DNA of 64,000 bases from an uncultured delta proteobacterium (GCA_963727445.1 CAVSGI010000009.1:320001-384000); one strand, 5' to 3'; shown: positions 38,070 to 50,113, counted from the first letter of the stretch. The notes: generated from the letters alone by a model not told the origin. Program-made: numbers and translations.

Positions 38070-39038
38070 ATGGGAGACGTGAAGCAATTCATTCGCCGCC
38101 ATTTCCGGCACTTCAACGCTGCGGTCATCGTCGATGCGGTAGAGGCCTGGGAGGCGCATCTCGACAGTGGCGGCAAGATGCTGCTGACCCTGGCCGGGGC
38201 CATGAGCACCGCCGAGATGGGCACGGTCATCGCCGAGCTCATCCGGAAGGACAAGGTCCACGCCCTCTGCGTGACCGGCGCGAACCTCGAGGAGGACGTC
38301 TTCAATCTCGTCGCGCACGAGAGCTACGCGCGCGTGCCCCATTACCGCGACCTGACGCCGGAGCAAGAGCGCGAGCTTCGCGACCGCGGGATGAACCGCG
38401 TCACCGACACCTGCATCCCCGAAGAGGAGGCGATGCGGAAGATCGAGCGGCACATGATCGAGCTGTGGACCGCGGCCGCCGAAAAGGGTGAGCGCTACTT
38501 CCCGCACGAGTACATGTACCAGCTCCTGAAGAGCAAGCGCCTCGAGGGCGAGTACGAGATCGATCCGAAGAACTCCTGGCTCATGGCGGCGGCCGAAGCG
38601 AACCTGCCGATCTGGACGCCCGGCTGGGAGGACTCGACGCTCGGCAACATGTTCGTCGCGAACGTGAAGTCGAAGAAGGCCTTCGACTTCCCGGTGGTGA
38701 AGTCGGGCACCGAGGCGATGGGCGACCTCATCGACTGGTACGGCGCCAACCAGGAGAAGTCGTCCATCGGCTTCTTCCAGATCGGCGGCGGCATTGCCGG
38801 CGACTTCCCGATCTGCGTGGTGCCGCTGATCCATCAGGACCTCCAGCGCGAAGTCCGCTACTGGGGCTACTTCTGCCAGATCAGTGACTCGACCACCTCG
38901 TATGGCTCCTACAGCGGCGCGGTCCCGAACGAGAAGATCACCTGGGGCAAGGTGGACGTCGACACCCCGCGCTTCGTGATCGAGTCGGACGCCACCATCG
39001 TCTTCCCGCTGATCGCGGCGTGGCTCCTCGACTACTGA
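38070..39038 (+). CDS. deoxyhypusine synthase-like protein
   Basis: LAGAMSTAE, TGANLEED, NRVTDT, GWEDSTLG, IGGG, GSYSGA.PNEKITWGK (catalytic Lys). Confidence 0.92.
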   Translation: MGDVKQFIRRHFRHFNAAVIVDAVEAWEAHLDSGGKMLLTLAGAMSTAEMGTVIAELIRKDKVHALCVTGANLEEDVFNLVAHESYARVPHYRDLTPEQERELRDRGMNRVTDTCIPEEEAMRKIERHMIELWTAAAEKGERYFPHEYMYQLLKSKRLEGEYEIDPKNSWLMAAAEANLPIWTPGWEDSTLGNMFVANVKSKKAFDFPVVKSGTEAMGDLIDWYGANQEKSSIGFFQIGGGIAGDFPICVVPLIHQDLQREVRYWGYFCQISDSTTSYGSYSGAVPNEKITWGKVDVDTPRFVIESDATIVFPLIAAWLLDY

Positions 39039-39102
39039 CCCCCACATTTGCGCTGCGCTTCGGCTTCCCATAAATTCGTTCCGTGGGTTTGGGAGGCTGA
39101 CC

Positions 39103-40851
39103 ATGCGTGGCTCGGTGTTGGTGGGACTTTGGGCGGCGCTGGCGATGCTGGTGCTCGGTTGTAGTGATACGGGGCGCACCCGCGTCACCGGAGATGGCGG
39201 GACCGACGGCTCGAGCTCGGACGGGGTCGGCGGTTGTGACGGCGTCGACACCGACGGAGACGGCATCGCCGATTCCATCGAGGGCGACAGCGATCCCGAC
39301 ATGGACGGGATCGTCTCGTCGGCCGACGACGACTCGGACGGTGACGGGATCCCCGACTCCGTCGAGGCCGGCTCGAGCAATCCGTGCTCGCCGAGGGACA
39401 CGGACGCCGACGGAACGCCCGACTACGTCGACACCGACAGCGACAACGACGGCCTCAGTGACGGTGCCGAGCAGATGCTGGGCACCGATCCGCTGAATGC
39501 GGATTCCGACGGCGACGGCTTCTCCGATCTCGCCGAGAACGTCGCCGGCACCGATCCTTCCGATGCGTCTTCGGGCATCCCCGACACGGACTTCTTCGTC
39601 GTGCTTCCCTACGAGGGCGACCACCAGGAGCGCACGCTGCGCTTCGGCACCAACATCGCGGTGGCCGACGTCTTCTTCCTCGCCGACATGACCGGCTCGA
39701 TGCGCGGCGTGCGCGAGAACATCATCACCGGCCTGATCGACACGATCATCCCGGGCATCGAAGGCGCCATCGAGAACGTTCAGTTCGGCGCCGGTGGGTA
39801 CGACGACTACGGCGTGCCGCCCTACGGCTGGGAACCGACCTCGTCGTGGCGTGACCTTCCGTTCTATCTGCTCCGCGAGATCGCGCCGCCCGAGCAGGAC
39901 CTCGGCGGGTGGTCACTGGCCAGCGGCCCGACCACCGCGGAGTGTCCGGACGACGCCTCGGTGATGGACATCGGCATGATCACCGGCTCTCCCAACGGCA
40001 CACCCGACATCCTCGAAGCGGTGACGGGTCTGCCCTGCCACGGCGGCAACGACGGCGAGGAGGCGACGGGCCCGGCGCTGTGGGTGACGGCGACCGGCAC
40101 GGGCGTCTCCTGGGACTACAGCGGCTACTCGGGCTCCATCCCGGACCAGAGCTGTCCCTCGATCCCCGACGAGATGGGCTCGCGCTTCGGCTATCCCTGC
40201 TTCCGGCCGGGCGCGCTCCCGATCATCCTCCTCTTCGGCGATTACCAGTGGCACAACGGCCCAGGCGGCTCGGCGCCCTATCCCTTTCCGGCCCCCAGTT
40301 ACGAGGAGGCCGTCGCCGAGCTGAACCGCATCGGCGCGCGCGTCATCCCGATCGTCAACAGCTTCGGCTCGCCTCCCTCGAACTACACGCAGATCGCGCT
40401 GGACACCGGCACCGTGCGCGCGGACGGAACGCCGCTGGTCTTCTCCATCAGCACCGGCGGCACCGGGCTCGACTCGGCGGTGGTCGACGCGGTGGTCGAG
40501 CTCACGAGCGGGACGCCGCAGGACGTCACCACCCGCACCGAGAACGTCCCGGGTAATCCGGACGACGTGGACGCGACGGGCTTCATCAAGTCGATCACGC
40601 CCGACGAGGGCTATCGCGACGGTGCCCCGGGCGTCGGCTACGACAGCAAGGACGACACCACCTTCTACGGCGTGATCCCCGGCACCTTCGTGGACTTCAA
40701 CATCGACTTCCACAACGACTTCCGCCCGCCGGCCACCGTCACCGAGATCTTCCAGGCACGCATCATCGTCGTGGGTAACGGCGTCGCCGACCTGGACTCG
40801 CGTAACGTCTACATCCTGGTCCCGCCCGAGGGCGGGGTGATCCTCATCTGA
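39103..40851 (+). CDS. VWA-domain lipoprotein with Ca-binding thrombospondin type-3-like repeats
   Basis: Lipobox LGC; D(S/T)DGDG repeats; MIDAS DVFFLADMTGSM; GGNDGEE; CFRPGALPIILLFGD. Confidence 0.85.
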   Translation: MRGSVLVGLWAALAMLVLGCSDTGRTRVTGDGGTDGSSSDGVGGCDGVDTDGDGIADSIEGDSDPDMDGIVSSADDDSDGDGIPDSVEAGSSNPCSPRDTDADGTPDYVDTDSDNDGLSDGAEQMLGTDPLNADSDGDGFSDLAENVAGTDPSDASSGIPDTDFFVVLPYEGDHQERTLRFGTNIAVADVFFLADMTGSMRGVRENIITGLIDTIIPGIEGAIENVQFGAGGYDDYGVPPYGWEPTSSWRDLPFYLLREIAPPEQDLGGWSLASGPTTAECPDDASVMDIGMITGSPNGTPDILEAVTGLPCHGGNDGEEATGPALWVTATGTGVSWDYSGYSGSIPDQSCPSIPDEMGSRFGYPCFRPGALPIILLFGDYQWHNGPGGSAPYPFPAPSYEEAVAELNRIGARVIPIVNSFGSPPSNYTQIALDTGTVRADGTPLVFSISTGGTGLDSAVVDAVVELTSGTPQDVTTRTENVPGNPDDVDATGFIKSITPDEGYRDGAPGVGYDSKDDTTFYGVIPGTFVDFNIDFHNDFRPPATVTEIFQARIIVVGNGVADLDSRNVYILVPPEGGVILI

Positions 40852-40871
40852 GGATCGCCCTCGAAGACCCT

Positions 40872-41305
40872 TCAGGACTCGGTTCCAGTATTGATGTGGA
40901 TTGCGTAGTCACTGCACACCGTCTCCGAGCATGTGGAGTAGGTGCTTCCCTCGGAGCAGCTTTGGGTAACCGACGTTTTCCCGTACGTCCACATCCCAGG
41001 AAGGTAGGAGTAGCATCGTGAGCACCCTCCGAGAGCCCACGTCGATGTACTGACGCAGTTCAGGAGTGGCTCCCGACGGCGTAGCCCTCTTCGTCGAACC
41101 TCACCACGCCGACGTCCTCACCGGCGGCGTTGAAGAGGCGCACCATTTCGTCCTCCGCGTGCAGCGCTTCGATACCGAGCGCGTGCAGCTGCGTGCGCTC
41201 GGCGCTGGACAACTGGCTCTCCATGCCGCCCGACCCGCCGACCGCGCAGCCGGCCGCCACAGTCACCAGAACCAAACCGCTCAAGATCTTCGTTTGCTTT
41301 TCCAT
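40872..41305 (-). pseudogene. small lipoprotein with a Cys-rich C-terminal domain, split by a frameshift near 41070
   Basis: AGGAGG RBS; MEKQTK..AAGC lipobox; second frame EPLLNCVST...CSRC...CSEG..CSETVC..TES* (6 Cys). Confidence 0.6.
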
Positions 41306-41329
41306 CGAACCTCCTGTCGAGCTCGACTG

Positions 41330-41346
41330 AGCAATCGGCGCGCCAG
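41330..41346 (-). promoter_or_regulatory. sigma54 promoter (leftward)
   Basis: CTGGCGCGCCGATTGCT, near-consensus -24/-12, correctly placed upstream of the RBS and ATG 41305. Confidence 0.75.
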
Positions 41347-41410
41347 GTGCCATGTCGGCGCGGGTTCGGGCCTGAGACGAACTGCGAAGCGACCCCGCGT
41401 TTATCAACCT

Positions 41411-41461
41411 GCGCTCTGACGAGCGCACCTGCGACGAGGGGTGGTGCGCTCGTCAGAGCGC
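41411..41461. repeat. perfect 19-bp inverted repeat between divergent promoters
   Basis: GCGCTCTGACGAGCGCACC-13bp-GGTGCGCTCGTCAGAGCGC. Confidence 0.9.
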
Positions 41462-41501
41462 AACGCGCGCGTGAACCTCCGGCGAACGAGTCTTTTCGCG
41501 A

Positions 41502-41518
41502 CTGGTTCATCGCTTGCT
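41502..41518 (+). promoter_or_regulatory. sigma54 promoter (rightward)
   Basis: CTGGTTCATCGCTTGCT (GG-N10-GC) upstream of the GGAGGAGG RBS and ATG 41543. Confidence 0.6.
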
Positions 41519-41542
41519 CTGACCCGACGGAGGAGGTTTGCA

Positions 41543-42109
41543 ATGAAACGTATGGTCCCGCCTGTCCTCGTCGCTCTCGCGGCGCTCTTCGCTTGGTCCC
41601 CTTCGGCGTCGGCGCAATCCGCCACCTTCGAAGTGCAGATCACCGCACCCACTGCCGGCTCCACCGAAGTGGTGGTCGAGGTCGTGCCCTTCAATCCACC
41701 GCGGTGGTCTCTCGCGGACCGCGCAGCCATCGAAGCGATGTGGGAGGGACTGGAGTTCCACCTCGCGCCCATGGCGCGGTACTGCGAGATGCCGATGAAG
41801 ATCGAGATCGACGCCGAGTCCTTTCGAGGCAATCTGGTGCGCGGCACCGAGGACGGCCTCCACCCCGGCACCCGCGGTCGCTTCGTCGACCTGGCCCGCG
41901 CCATGAGCGCCGTCTGCCGGCGCGGGCAAACGGAGAAGTCCGCCCTTCGGTCGAGGATTCACACCGTCCGCGTCGGCTTCATCGACGGACCACGTGATCG
42001 CATCCGCATCGCCGGCGACACGCTGATCTACCAGACCAGCGGTGACCTCAACGGCGACGGACACCTCGGCTACGCGCGCTTCATCGACTGGCTGATGGAA
42101 GCGCTCTGA
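41543..42109 (+). CDS. hypothetical secreted protein
   Basis: Strong RBS; Sec signal ending ASA-Q; two Cys. Confidence 0.8.
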   Translation: MKRMVPPVLVALAALFAWSPSASAQSATFEVQITAPTAGSTEVVVEVVPFNPPRWSLADRAAIEAMWEGLEFHLAPMARYCEMPMKIEIDAESFRGNLVRGTEDGLHPGTRGRFVDLARAMSAVCRRGQTEKSALRSRIHTVRVGFIDGPRDRIRIAGDTLIYQTSGDLNGDGHLGYARFIDWLMEAL

Positions 42110-42144
42110 CGGTGCGCTCGTCGCCCGTTCGCAGCGACGCCCCG

Positions 42145-43710
42145 CTATTCGGCCGCCGTTATTTCGAGTGTGAATGATCCGTCAAAGCGCGCCTCTGGTC
42201 CGTCGTCGAGTCGGATCAGAGCGAGGATGCAGGCGTAAGCGGTCTCCCCCGGGAACGGCGTGACCGCTAAGTCTTTTCCATGGGAGATCCCCGGCCAACG
42301 CTCGACATCATAGGAGACCCGATAGCGCTCGAGGGGTCCGCCGGCGTTCCTCCAGCAAGTGGCGAAAGCATTCCGATGGGAGGCGACGGCCTCGCGCACG
42401 AGAGCGAAGTCGCCCTCGTGCTCGAGCGGAGTGGCGCGGACCGTCACCGGCCCAGGCGCCGGAGGCGGACGCGTCATGCTCGGGTCGCGGTCATGCGTTC
42501 CGCGTCGGCGGGTCTGCCGAGGCGGGTCCGGCTCCGGGAGCATGGAGCTCTCCGGCACAGTTGGGGCGCTCTCCTCCCGGGGTGCGGCGACGTCGACCGG
42601 AACCGGCTCGATCATCGGGGGGGCGCCCACGCCCTGGATCGGCGTCGCGCCGGGGTCGTAGGCGGTGACCACACTGACGACCAGCACCGCCCCGACCACC
42701 ACCCCACCCAACAAGAGGCCGAGCATTCGTCGTGATCGAGGACGGGTGCTCCCTTCGGCGCCGGGCCTCTTCGCTGACTCCGTCGGCCGTGTCTCGGTGG
42801 GCGTGGCTCGAGTGGATGGCTCGCTCGGCTCCTGCGGTGAAGTGGCGGAGACCGGCGGCGCGCTCGGGGCTGCCAACCGTTCCAGCGCCTTGCCGAGCTC
42901 CGCCGCCGACTGAAAACGCGCTTCGGGCTCGAGCGCCATCGCACGCTCGACCACTTGCCCGAGCGCGCCGAGCTCGGGGCGCAGCACCGGCAAGGGGGGC
43001 CGATCCCCCGCCATCAAAGGGCCAACCACCTCCGCCAGGGTGTGACCCGGGTAGGGGTGACGCGCCGCGAGCACGCCATAGAGCAGCGCGCCGAGCGCGT
43101 AGACATCGGTGCGCTCGTCGATGCGATCACCGGTGAGCTGCTCGGGCGCCATGTAGTTCGGCGTGCCGAGGACCTGACCCGTGGAGGTCAAGCGCTGGTA
43201 CGCCGGCGACTCCTTGATCGAAGCCACGCCGAAGTCGACGAGCTTGGCGATCTCCTTGCCGTCGTAGCCGGTGACCACGACCACATTCGATGGCTTGACG
43301 TCGCGATGGACGACCCCTTTCTCGTGCGCCGCTGAGAGGGCCGACGCCACCTGCGCTCCGAGGCGCGCCCCGCGTGGGCCGTCGAGGGGGCCGTCCTCTT
43401 TCACGATCTGAGACAGGGGCCTCCCTTCGAGGAGCTCCATCACCAGGAAGGCGGTGCCGTCCTCCTCGATCGCGAAGTCGAAACAACGCGTGAGGTGGGG
43501 GTGCTCGATCGCGCCCATCGCCGTCGCCTCGCGGCGGAAGCGCTCGAGCTGAACGGCGCTCTTCGCCAGCGTCGGCGACAGCTCTTTGAGCGCCGCGCGA
43601 CCGCCAGTGGCGGTGACTTTCACGCAGAAGACACGGCCCATCCCCCCCGCGCCGAGCTCTTCGATGGCTTCGTAGCGCCCACGGCCCCAGCTCCGCGTCG
43701 GCGCGCTCAA
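42145..43710 (-). CDS. membrane Ser/Thr protein kinase
   Basis: LGAGGMG, ALK, HRDVKPSN, DFG, GTPNYMAPE; TM helix; TTG start overlaps the bEBP stop. Confidence 0.92.
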   Translation of the reverse strand: MSAPTRSWGRGRYEAIEELGAGGMGRVFCVKVTATGGRAALKELSPTLAKSAVQLERFRREATAMGAIEHPHLTRCFDFAIEEDGTAFLVMELLEGRPLSQIVKEDGPLDGPRGARLGAQVASALSAAHEKGVVHRDVKPSNVVVVTGYDGKEIAKLVDFGVASIKESPAYQRLTSTGQVLGTPNYMAPEQLTGDRIDERTDVYALGALLYGVLAARHPYPGHTLAEVVGPLMAGDRPPLPVLRPELGALGQVVERAMALEPEARFQSAAELGKALERLAAPSAPPVSATSPQEPSEPSTRATPTETRPTESAKRPGAEGSTRPRSRRMLGLLLGGVVVGAVLVVSVVTAYDPGATPIQGVGAPPMIEPVPVDVAAPREESAPTVPESSMLPEPDPPRQTRRRGTHDRDPSMTRPPPAPGPVTVRATPLEHEGDFALVREAVASHRNAFATCWRNAGGPLERYRVSYDVERWPGISHGKDLAVTPFPGETAYACILALIRLDDGPEARFDGSFTLEITAAE

Positions 43711-45029
43711 CCGTCGCTCGCGTCGATGTCCAGTCGCTGGATCAGCGTCTGGAGGTACCGCCGGCTCATGTCGGCGTCCCGCGCAGCCCGGCTCACGTTG
43801 CCCTCGTTCTTCTCGAGCAAGCGCGCGACGTAACCGCGCTGGAAGAGCGCGAGCGCGGCGTCGCTCGCCTCCTTGTAGGACAGGTCGAAGAGCTGGTCGG
43901 GAAAGCCGCCGGACAAGTCGGTCGCGGGGCCCGGCAGACCATGGCCGAGGCCCAGCCCGCCGAGAACCAGGAGCTCCTCCACGGCGTTCCTGAGCTCGCG
44001 CACGTTTCCTGGAAATGAGCGATGCCGGAGTGCTCGAACGATGGCGTCGCATTCGCCCACCTGCTCGGGCGCGATGCGTTCGACGAATAGACGGACGAGC
44101 TCGGGGAGGTCGCTCATGCGGTCACGCAGGGGCGGCAGCTGGATGCGTAGAACAGCCAGGCGGAAGTACAGATCTTCGCGGAAGCCACCTCGATTGACTT
44201 CGGCGGAGAGGTCGCGGTGGGTCGCGGCCACCACGCGGACGTCGATCGACACGGGTTTGGTCGCGCCGACAGGTCGCACTGTGCGCCGCTCGAGGGCACG
44301 GAGGAGCTTGGGCTGTGCCTCCGGTGGTAGCTCGCCTATCTCGTCGAGGAAGATCGTGCCGCCGTGCGCCTCGACGAGCAGGCCCTTCTGATCGCGGACC
44401 GCGCCCGTGAATGCACCGCGCACATGACCGAAGAGCTCGGACTCGAAGAGCGCCGGAGGAATCGCCCCGCAGTCCACGACTACGAAGGGCCCGTCTCGGC
44501 GGGGAGAGGCCTCGTGGATCGCCTCGGCCGCCAACTCCTTGCCAGTCCCCGTCTCTCCAGAGAGGAGCACCGATGCGTCGGACTCGGCCCCGCGCTCCAG
44601 CACGGCGTAGAGCTCGCGCATGGCGACGCTCTTGCCCACGAGCCCGCCGAAGCGATCGCGGTCGGAGAGGGGAATGGACAGTGGGCTGTGCGCCGCGGCG
44701 AGCTCCAGGGTCGTCGCGCCGATGCGCAGTCGCCTGCCCGGTTCGGCGATGGCGACGACGATGCGCACGCCGTCCATCGTCGTGCCGTTGGTCGAGTCGA
44801 GGTCGCGAACGACGATGCTGTCCGGTCCCGCCTCGAACGAGAGGTGGTGACGCGATACCGACCGGTCGGTGAGCACCACGTCGTTGTCCTCGCCGGTCCC
44901 CACGGTGAAGCTACGGCGGCCGGTCACCCGTTCCGTGACGGCGTCCGGCCCTTCTACGACGCGAATCGCGAGGCTCGGGAGGGTGAGCGAGGTCCACGCG
45001 CTGTCTCGGGGCACAGTCTCGTCGGCCAT
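43707..45029 (-). CDS. FHA-domain sigma54-dependent enhancer-binding protein
   Basis: FHA (VSRHH, STNGT); [43 protein letters not shown]; Fis-type HTH. Confidence 0.95.
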   Translation of the reverse strand: MADETVPRDSAWTSLTLPSLAIRVVEGPDAVTERVTGRRSFTVGTGEDNDVVLTDRSVSRHHLSFEAGPDSIVVRDLDSTNGTTMDGVRIVVAIAEPGRRLRIGATTLELAAAHSPLSIPLSDRDRFGGLVGKSVAMRELYAVLERGAESDASVLLSGETGTGKELAAEAIHEASPRRDGPFVVVDCGAIPPALFESELFGHVRGAFTGAVRDQKGLLVEAHGGTIFLDEIGELPPEAQPKLLRALERRTVRPVGATKPVSIDVRVVAATHRDLSAEVNRGGFREDLYFRLAVLRIQLPPLRDRMSDLPELVRLFVERIAPEQVGECDAIVRALRHRSFPGNVRELRNAVEELLVLGGLGLGHGLPGPATDLSGGFPDQLFDLSYKEASDAALALFQRGYVARLLEKNEGNVSRAARDADMSRRYLQTLIQRLDIDASDG

Positions 45030-45062
45030 CGACCGAAGGATGCCACACGTGCCCAGCTGTGG

Positions 45063-46100
45063 TCAGTCGCGCCGCGTCGGAACTTCGTGGTCGTCGTCGA
45101 CCAGCGTGTCGGGACCGAGGCTATCGGGGAGTGTCTCCACTTCGGCGAGCAGGGTCTTGGCCTGGGAGATCCCCGCGTGCTCGAGCGCCCGCAGGCGCGA
45201 GATGCTCTCTTCGGCGAGGGCGCGAGCGCGGCCACCGATCTCCTCCGGAGAAACGGGCGAGAGCTCCACCTCCTCGAGGGCACGCACCAGCTCGGGCGCA
45301 TTGCGCCAGCGCTTCGCGCGGTCGCGGAAGAGCGCGCGGCCAACGACCGCTTCGAGGTCGAGGGGGAGATCCGGCTCCAGCTCCGTCAGCCTCGGGATTG
45401 GAGTGACCTGCACACGGTGGAGGGTGGCGGTGGGGGTGCGCGCGCGGAAGAGCCGCTGTCCGCAGAAGAGCTCCCACGCGATGATACCCAACGAGAAGAT
45501 ATCGCTCTGGGCGTCAGCCTCACCGGCGAGGTGCTCCGGCGAGAAGTACGAGTAGCTTCCCTTCACCTCCCCTGGCGCGCTCACCGCCGTGCGCCGGCGT
45601 GCCTTGGCGAGACCGAAATCCGTGAGCCGCGCGCGCCCGTCGACACCGACGAGGACGTTCTTCGGGCTGATGTCGCGGTGGGCGACGTCGAGGGGCTTCC
45701 CGAACGGGTCGACCGTCGCGTGCGCGTCGCGCAGACCCCGCGCCATGTCCAGGACGAGCGTGTAGGCCACATCCACCGGTAGCCGCTCGTCACTCGCGAA
45801 GCGATGGAGATCGGTTCCGACCACCAGCTCCATCACCATGAAAGGCGCGCCGTGCTCGTCGCGACCGACGTCGAGCACCGGCACGACGTTCGGGCTGTGG
45901 ATGCACGCTGCTGTGCGTGCCTCGTCGAAGAACATCGCCACCGCGCGCTCGTTCGACGCGTAGTCCGGGAGGATGCGCTTGATCGCGTAGAGGCGCTGAA
46001 AACGCGATTCGCCTCGCAGACGGGCGGCGAACACCTCGCCCATCCCTCCGCGCCCGAGCGGGGCGAGGATTTCGTAGCGCCCTATCTGTTCAGGAGTCAC
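45063..46100 (-). CDS. cytoplasmic Ser/Thr protein kinase
   Basis: LGRGGMG, AIK, HRDISPKN, DFG, YFSPE. Confidence 0.92.
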   Translation of the reverse strand: MTPEQIGRYEILAPLGRGGMGEVFAARLRGESRFQRLYAIKRILPDYASNERAVAMFFDEARTAACIHSPNVVPVLDVGRDEHGAPFMVMELVVGTDLHRFASDERLPVDVAYTLVLDMARGLRDAHATVDPFGKPLDVAHRDISPKNVLVGVDGRARLTDFGLAKARRRTAVSAPGEVKGSYSYFSPEHLAGEADAQSDIFSLGIIAWELFCGQRLFRARTPTATLHRVQVTPIPRLTELEPDLPLDLEAVVGRALFRDRAKRWRNAPELVRALEEVELSPVSPEEIGGRARALAEESISRLRALEHAGISQAKTLLAEVETLPDSLGPDTLVDDDHEVPTRRD

Positions 46101-46181
46101 CGCGCGAGATTCCTCGGCCCCGAGGATAGCGCGATGGAGAGGGCTTGCGCAGAGGAGACGGACGCGCGAGCCGCGTCGATG

Positions 46182-46682
46182 TCAGGAGCCGAGACAGCGG
46201 GTGCGAGCTTCGTCGACCGCGGCGCGTTCGTCGAGGCACACGGTGTCCATGTCGGCGGGGCAGGCGGCAGCGATGTAGCAGTCGAGGTAGGCGAGGAGCG
46301 TCGCCATGTCGCCGGGACAGACGGCGATGATCTCGCTGTAGGTGTCGGCGGTATTGGTGACGCAGCCATCGACCGAGCCCGAGAGCGATCCGCAATCCGA
46401 GGCGTGCTGGCAGGTCATCTGGATGCGATCCATGACGCCGGGGTCGAGGCCGGAGTCCGTCGCCGTCGCCGCGTCGGAGCTCGCGTCGGTGGGGGAGCCG
46501 GTGTCCGCGCCCGTGTCCGAAGTGGCGTCTGCCGCGGCATCGCTCGCCCCCGTGTCCGACGACATCGAAGCGTCGCTGCCCCCGTCTCCGCCAATGGATC
46601 CGTCCCGGACGCGGCCATCGTCACCGCATCCGGCGGCCATGATCTGAAGACAAAGGAGGGGCGTGAAGAGACATGCGCGCAT
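46182..46682 (-). CDS. small Cys-rich lipoprotein
   Basis: Lipobox AAGC; D/A/S/T linker; Cys-rich C-domain. Confidence 0.7.
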   Translation of the reverse strand: MRACLFTPLLCLQIMAAGCGDDGRVRDGSIGGDGGSDASMSSDTGASDAAADATSDTGADTGSPTDASSDAATATDSGLDPGVMDRIQMTCQHASDCGSLSGSVDGCVTNTADTYSEIIAVCPGDMATLLAYLDCYIAAACPADMDTVCLDERAAVDEARTRCLGS

Positions 46683-46809
46683 GCGGGGATGCTACCAACG
46701 GGCGCGCTGTCGGCCATGATAAGCGCTTAAGGTCAGCGCGCGCACATCAACCCACAATGTCGCTTTCAAAGGCGGCCCTTCGGAGGTGGGTCCACTATAC
46801 TCGAAGCCG

Positions 46810-48746
<1,937 letters not shown>

Positions 48747-48810
48747 CCGGTCAGACGGCGCTCCTCGACACGATCATGCATCCGCGAGGGCGCTGCGGTA
48801 CAATGCGCCG

Positions 48811-49551
48811 GTGCGACTCAGGCCCCTCGCACTCCTTGCAGTCGTTGCGCTTTCTTGGAGTTTCGTCTCTCAGGCCGCTGCACAGCGGCGCTGGCAGGGT
48901 CCCTCCGGCGAGCCGACGGCCGAAGACGTGGAGGAGGCCCGCACCATCTACAACGAAGGCGCGCAGGCGGCCGAAGAGGAACGCTGGGCCGACGCCATCG
49001 GCCTCTTCGAGCAGAGCTACGCGTTGTCGGGGCGCGCGTCCGCGCTCTACAGCATCGGGTACACCTCCCGAAACGTCGGTCGTTTCATCGATGCGCGGGA
49101 CGCGCTCGATCAGCTCCTCGCGCAAGACGACGTCGAGGACGTGCTCCGCGATCAGGCCCTCGTGCTGCGCCACGAGGTACAGGGAAAGATCGCCATCCTG
49201 AGCCTGATCGGCCTCGAGGACTATGGCGAGCCATCCATCCGCCTGGACGGGGCACGTCACGGCGACGCGGGGGATCGGCCCCTCGACGTCGAGCTCGATC
49301 CTGGCGAGCACCGGTTGCAGGTGGAGGCCCCGGGTTACTCGGAGTACACGTGGTCGGGCCGCCTCGCGCAGGGCGATCACATGCAGCTCGAGGTCGAGAT
49401 GGAGCCGGTGACGGAGTCGATCTTTCAGAACACCTGGTTCTGGGTGGGAGCCGGCGCGGTGGTCGCCGTGGCTGCAGTGATCATCACCGCCGTCGTGCTG
49501 CAGAACGCCGCCCAGCTCGACCCGCGCACGGAGTTCAACCTGAAGCTATGA
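48811..49551 (+). CDS. TPR + PEGA-like protein with a C-terminal TM anchor
   Basis: AR..YNEG..W.DAI..FEQSY..ALYSIG; LDPGEHRLQVEAPGY; QNTWFW plus TM helix. Confidence 0.85.
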   Translation: MRLRPLALLAVVALSWSFVSQAAAQRRWQGPSGEPTAEDVEEARTIYNEGAQAAEEERWADAIGLFEQSYALSGRASALYSIGYTSRNVGRFIDARDALDQLLAQDDVEDVLRDQALVLRHEVQGKIAILSLIGLEDYGEPSIRLDGARHGDAGDRPLDVELDPGEHRLQVEAPGYSEYTWSGRLAQGDHMQLEVEMEPVTESIFQNTWFWVGAGAVVAVAAVIITAVVLQNAAQLDPRTEFNLKL

Positions 49552-50113
49552 CGCGCGTGACACGGCTCACCCTGATGGCCCTTCTCCCGCTCCTCGCTGT
49601 GGGGTGTGCGCAGAACGCCATCTTCGAGCTCACGGTGAACGTCACGGTCCCTCCCGAGATGGGTCCCACCGGCCAGCTTCGGGACAAGGTGTTGTTCCAG
49701 GCACGCTCGGGGATGATGGTCGACTTCGGAGCCGACTGGCAGCAGACGCAGAATCGCCGGCATCGTCCTCGATCCGATGATGACACCCAACACCTTCGTC
49801 GGGAGCTTCGAGGCGTCGGGCGATCGAGATCGAGCAGATGCTCAACGTCAAGGTGCGCTTCTGCGTCGACCCCAACTGCCTGAGCCCCGACGACGGCGAC
49901 GACCGGGCGCCCGAGGTCGACTACCAGTTCGAGCGTGCTTTCTATCGCGGTCGCTACACCACTTATGAAGCGGACATCGACGCTTTCCCGTCGTCAGGGA
50001 TTCCGGCCATGCCGCCGCCCGTCGGCAAGTGCGAGATCGTCGGCGAGGGTTGCTGGGATGGCATGACCGACAACAACTGTTTGAGCGACGGACGGCACTT
50101 CTGCGAAGACTGA
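49548..50113 (+). CDS. lipoprotein with two apparent frameshifts (near 49752 and 49825)
   Basis: ATGA overlap; lipobox AVGC; coding continues IAGIVLDPMMTP.. and then MLNVKVRFC..HFCED*. Confidence 0.6.

Noticed and set aside
36846..39401. 851-aa minus-strand ORF as one gene
   Set aside because: Its N-terminal part is antisense to the DHS and VWA genes; the real lipoprotein starts near 37994.
41401..41470. Integron attC site
   Set aside because: No matching RYYYAAC/GTTRRRY ends, no extrahelical bases and no integron integrase.
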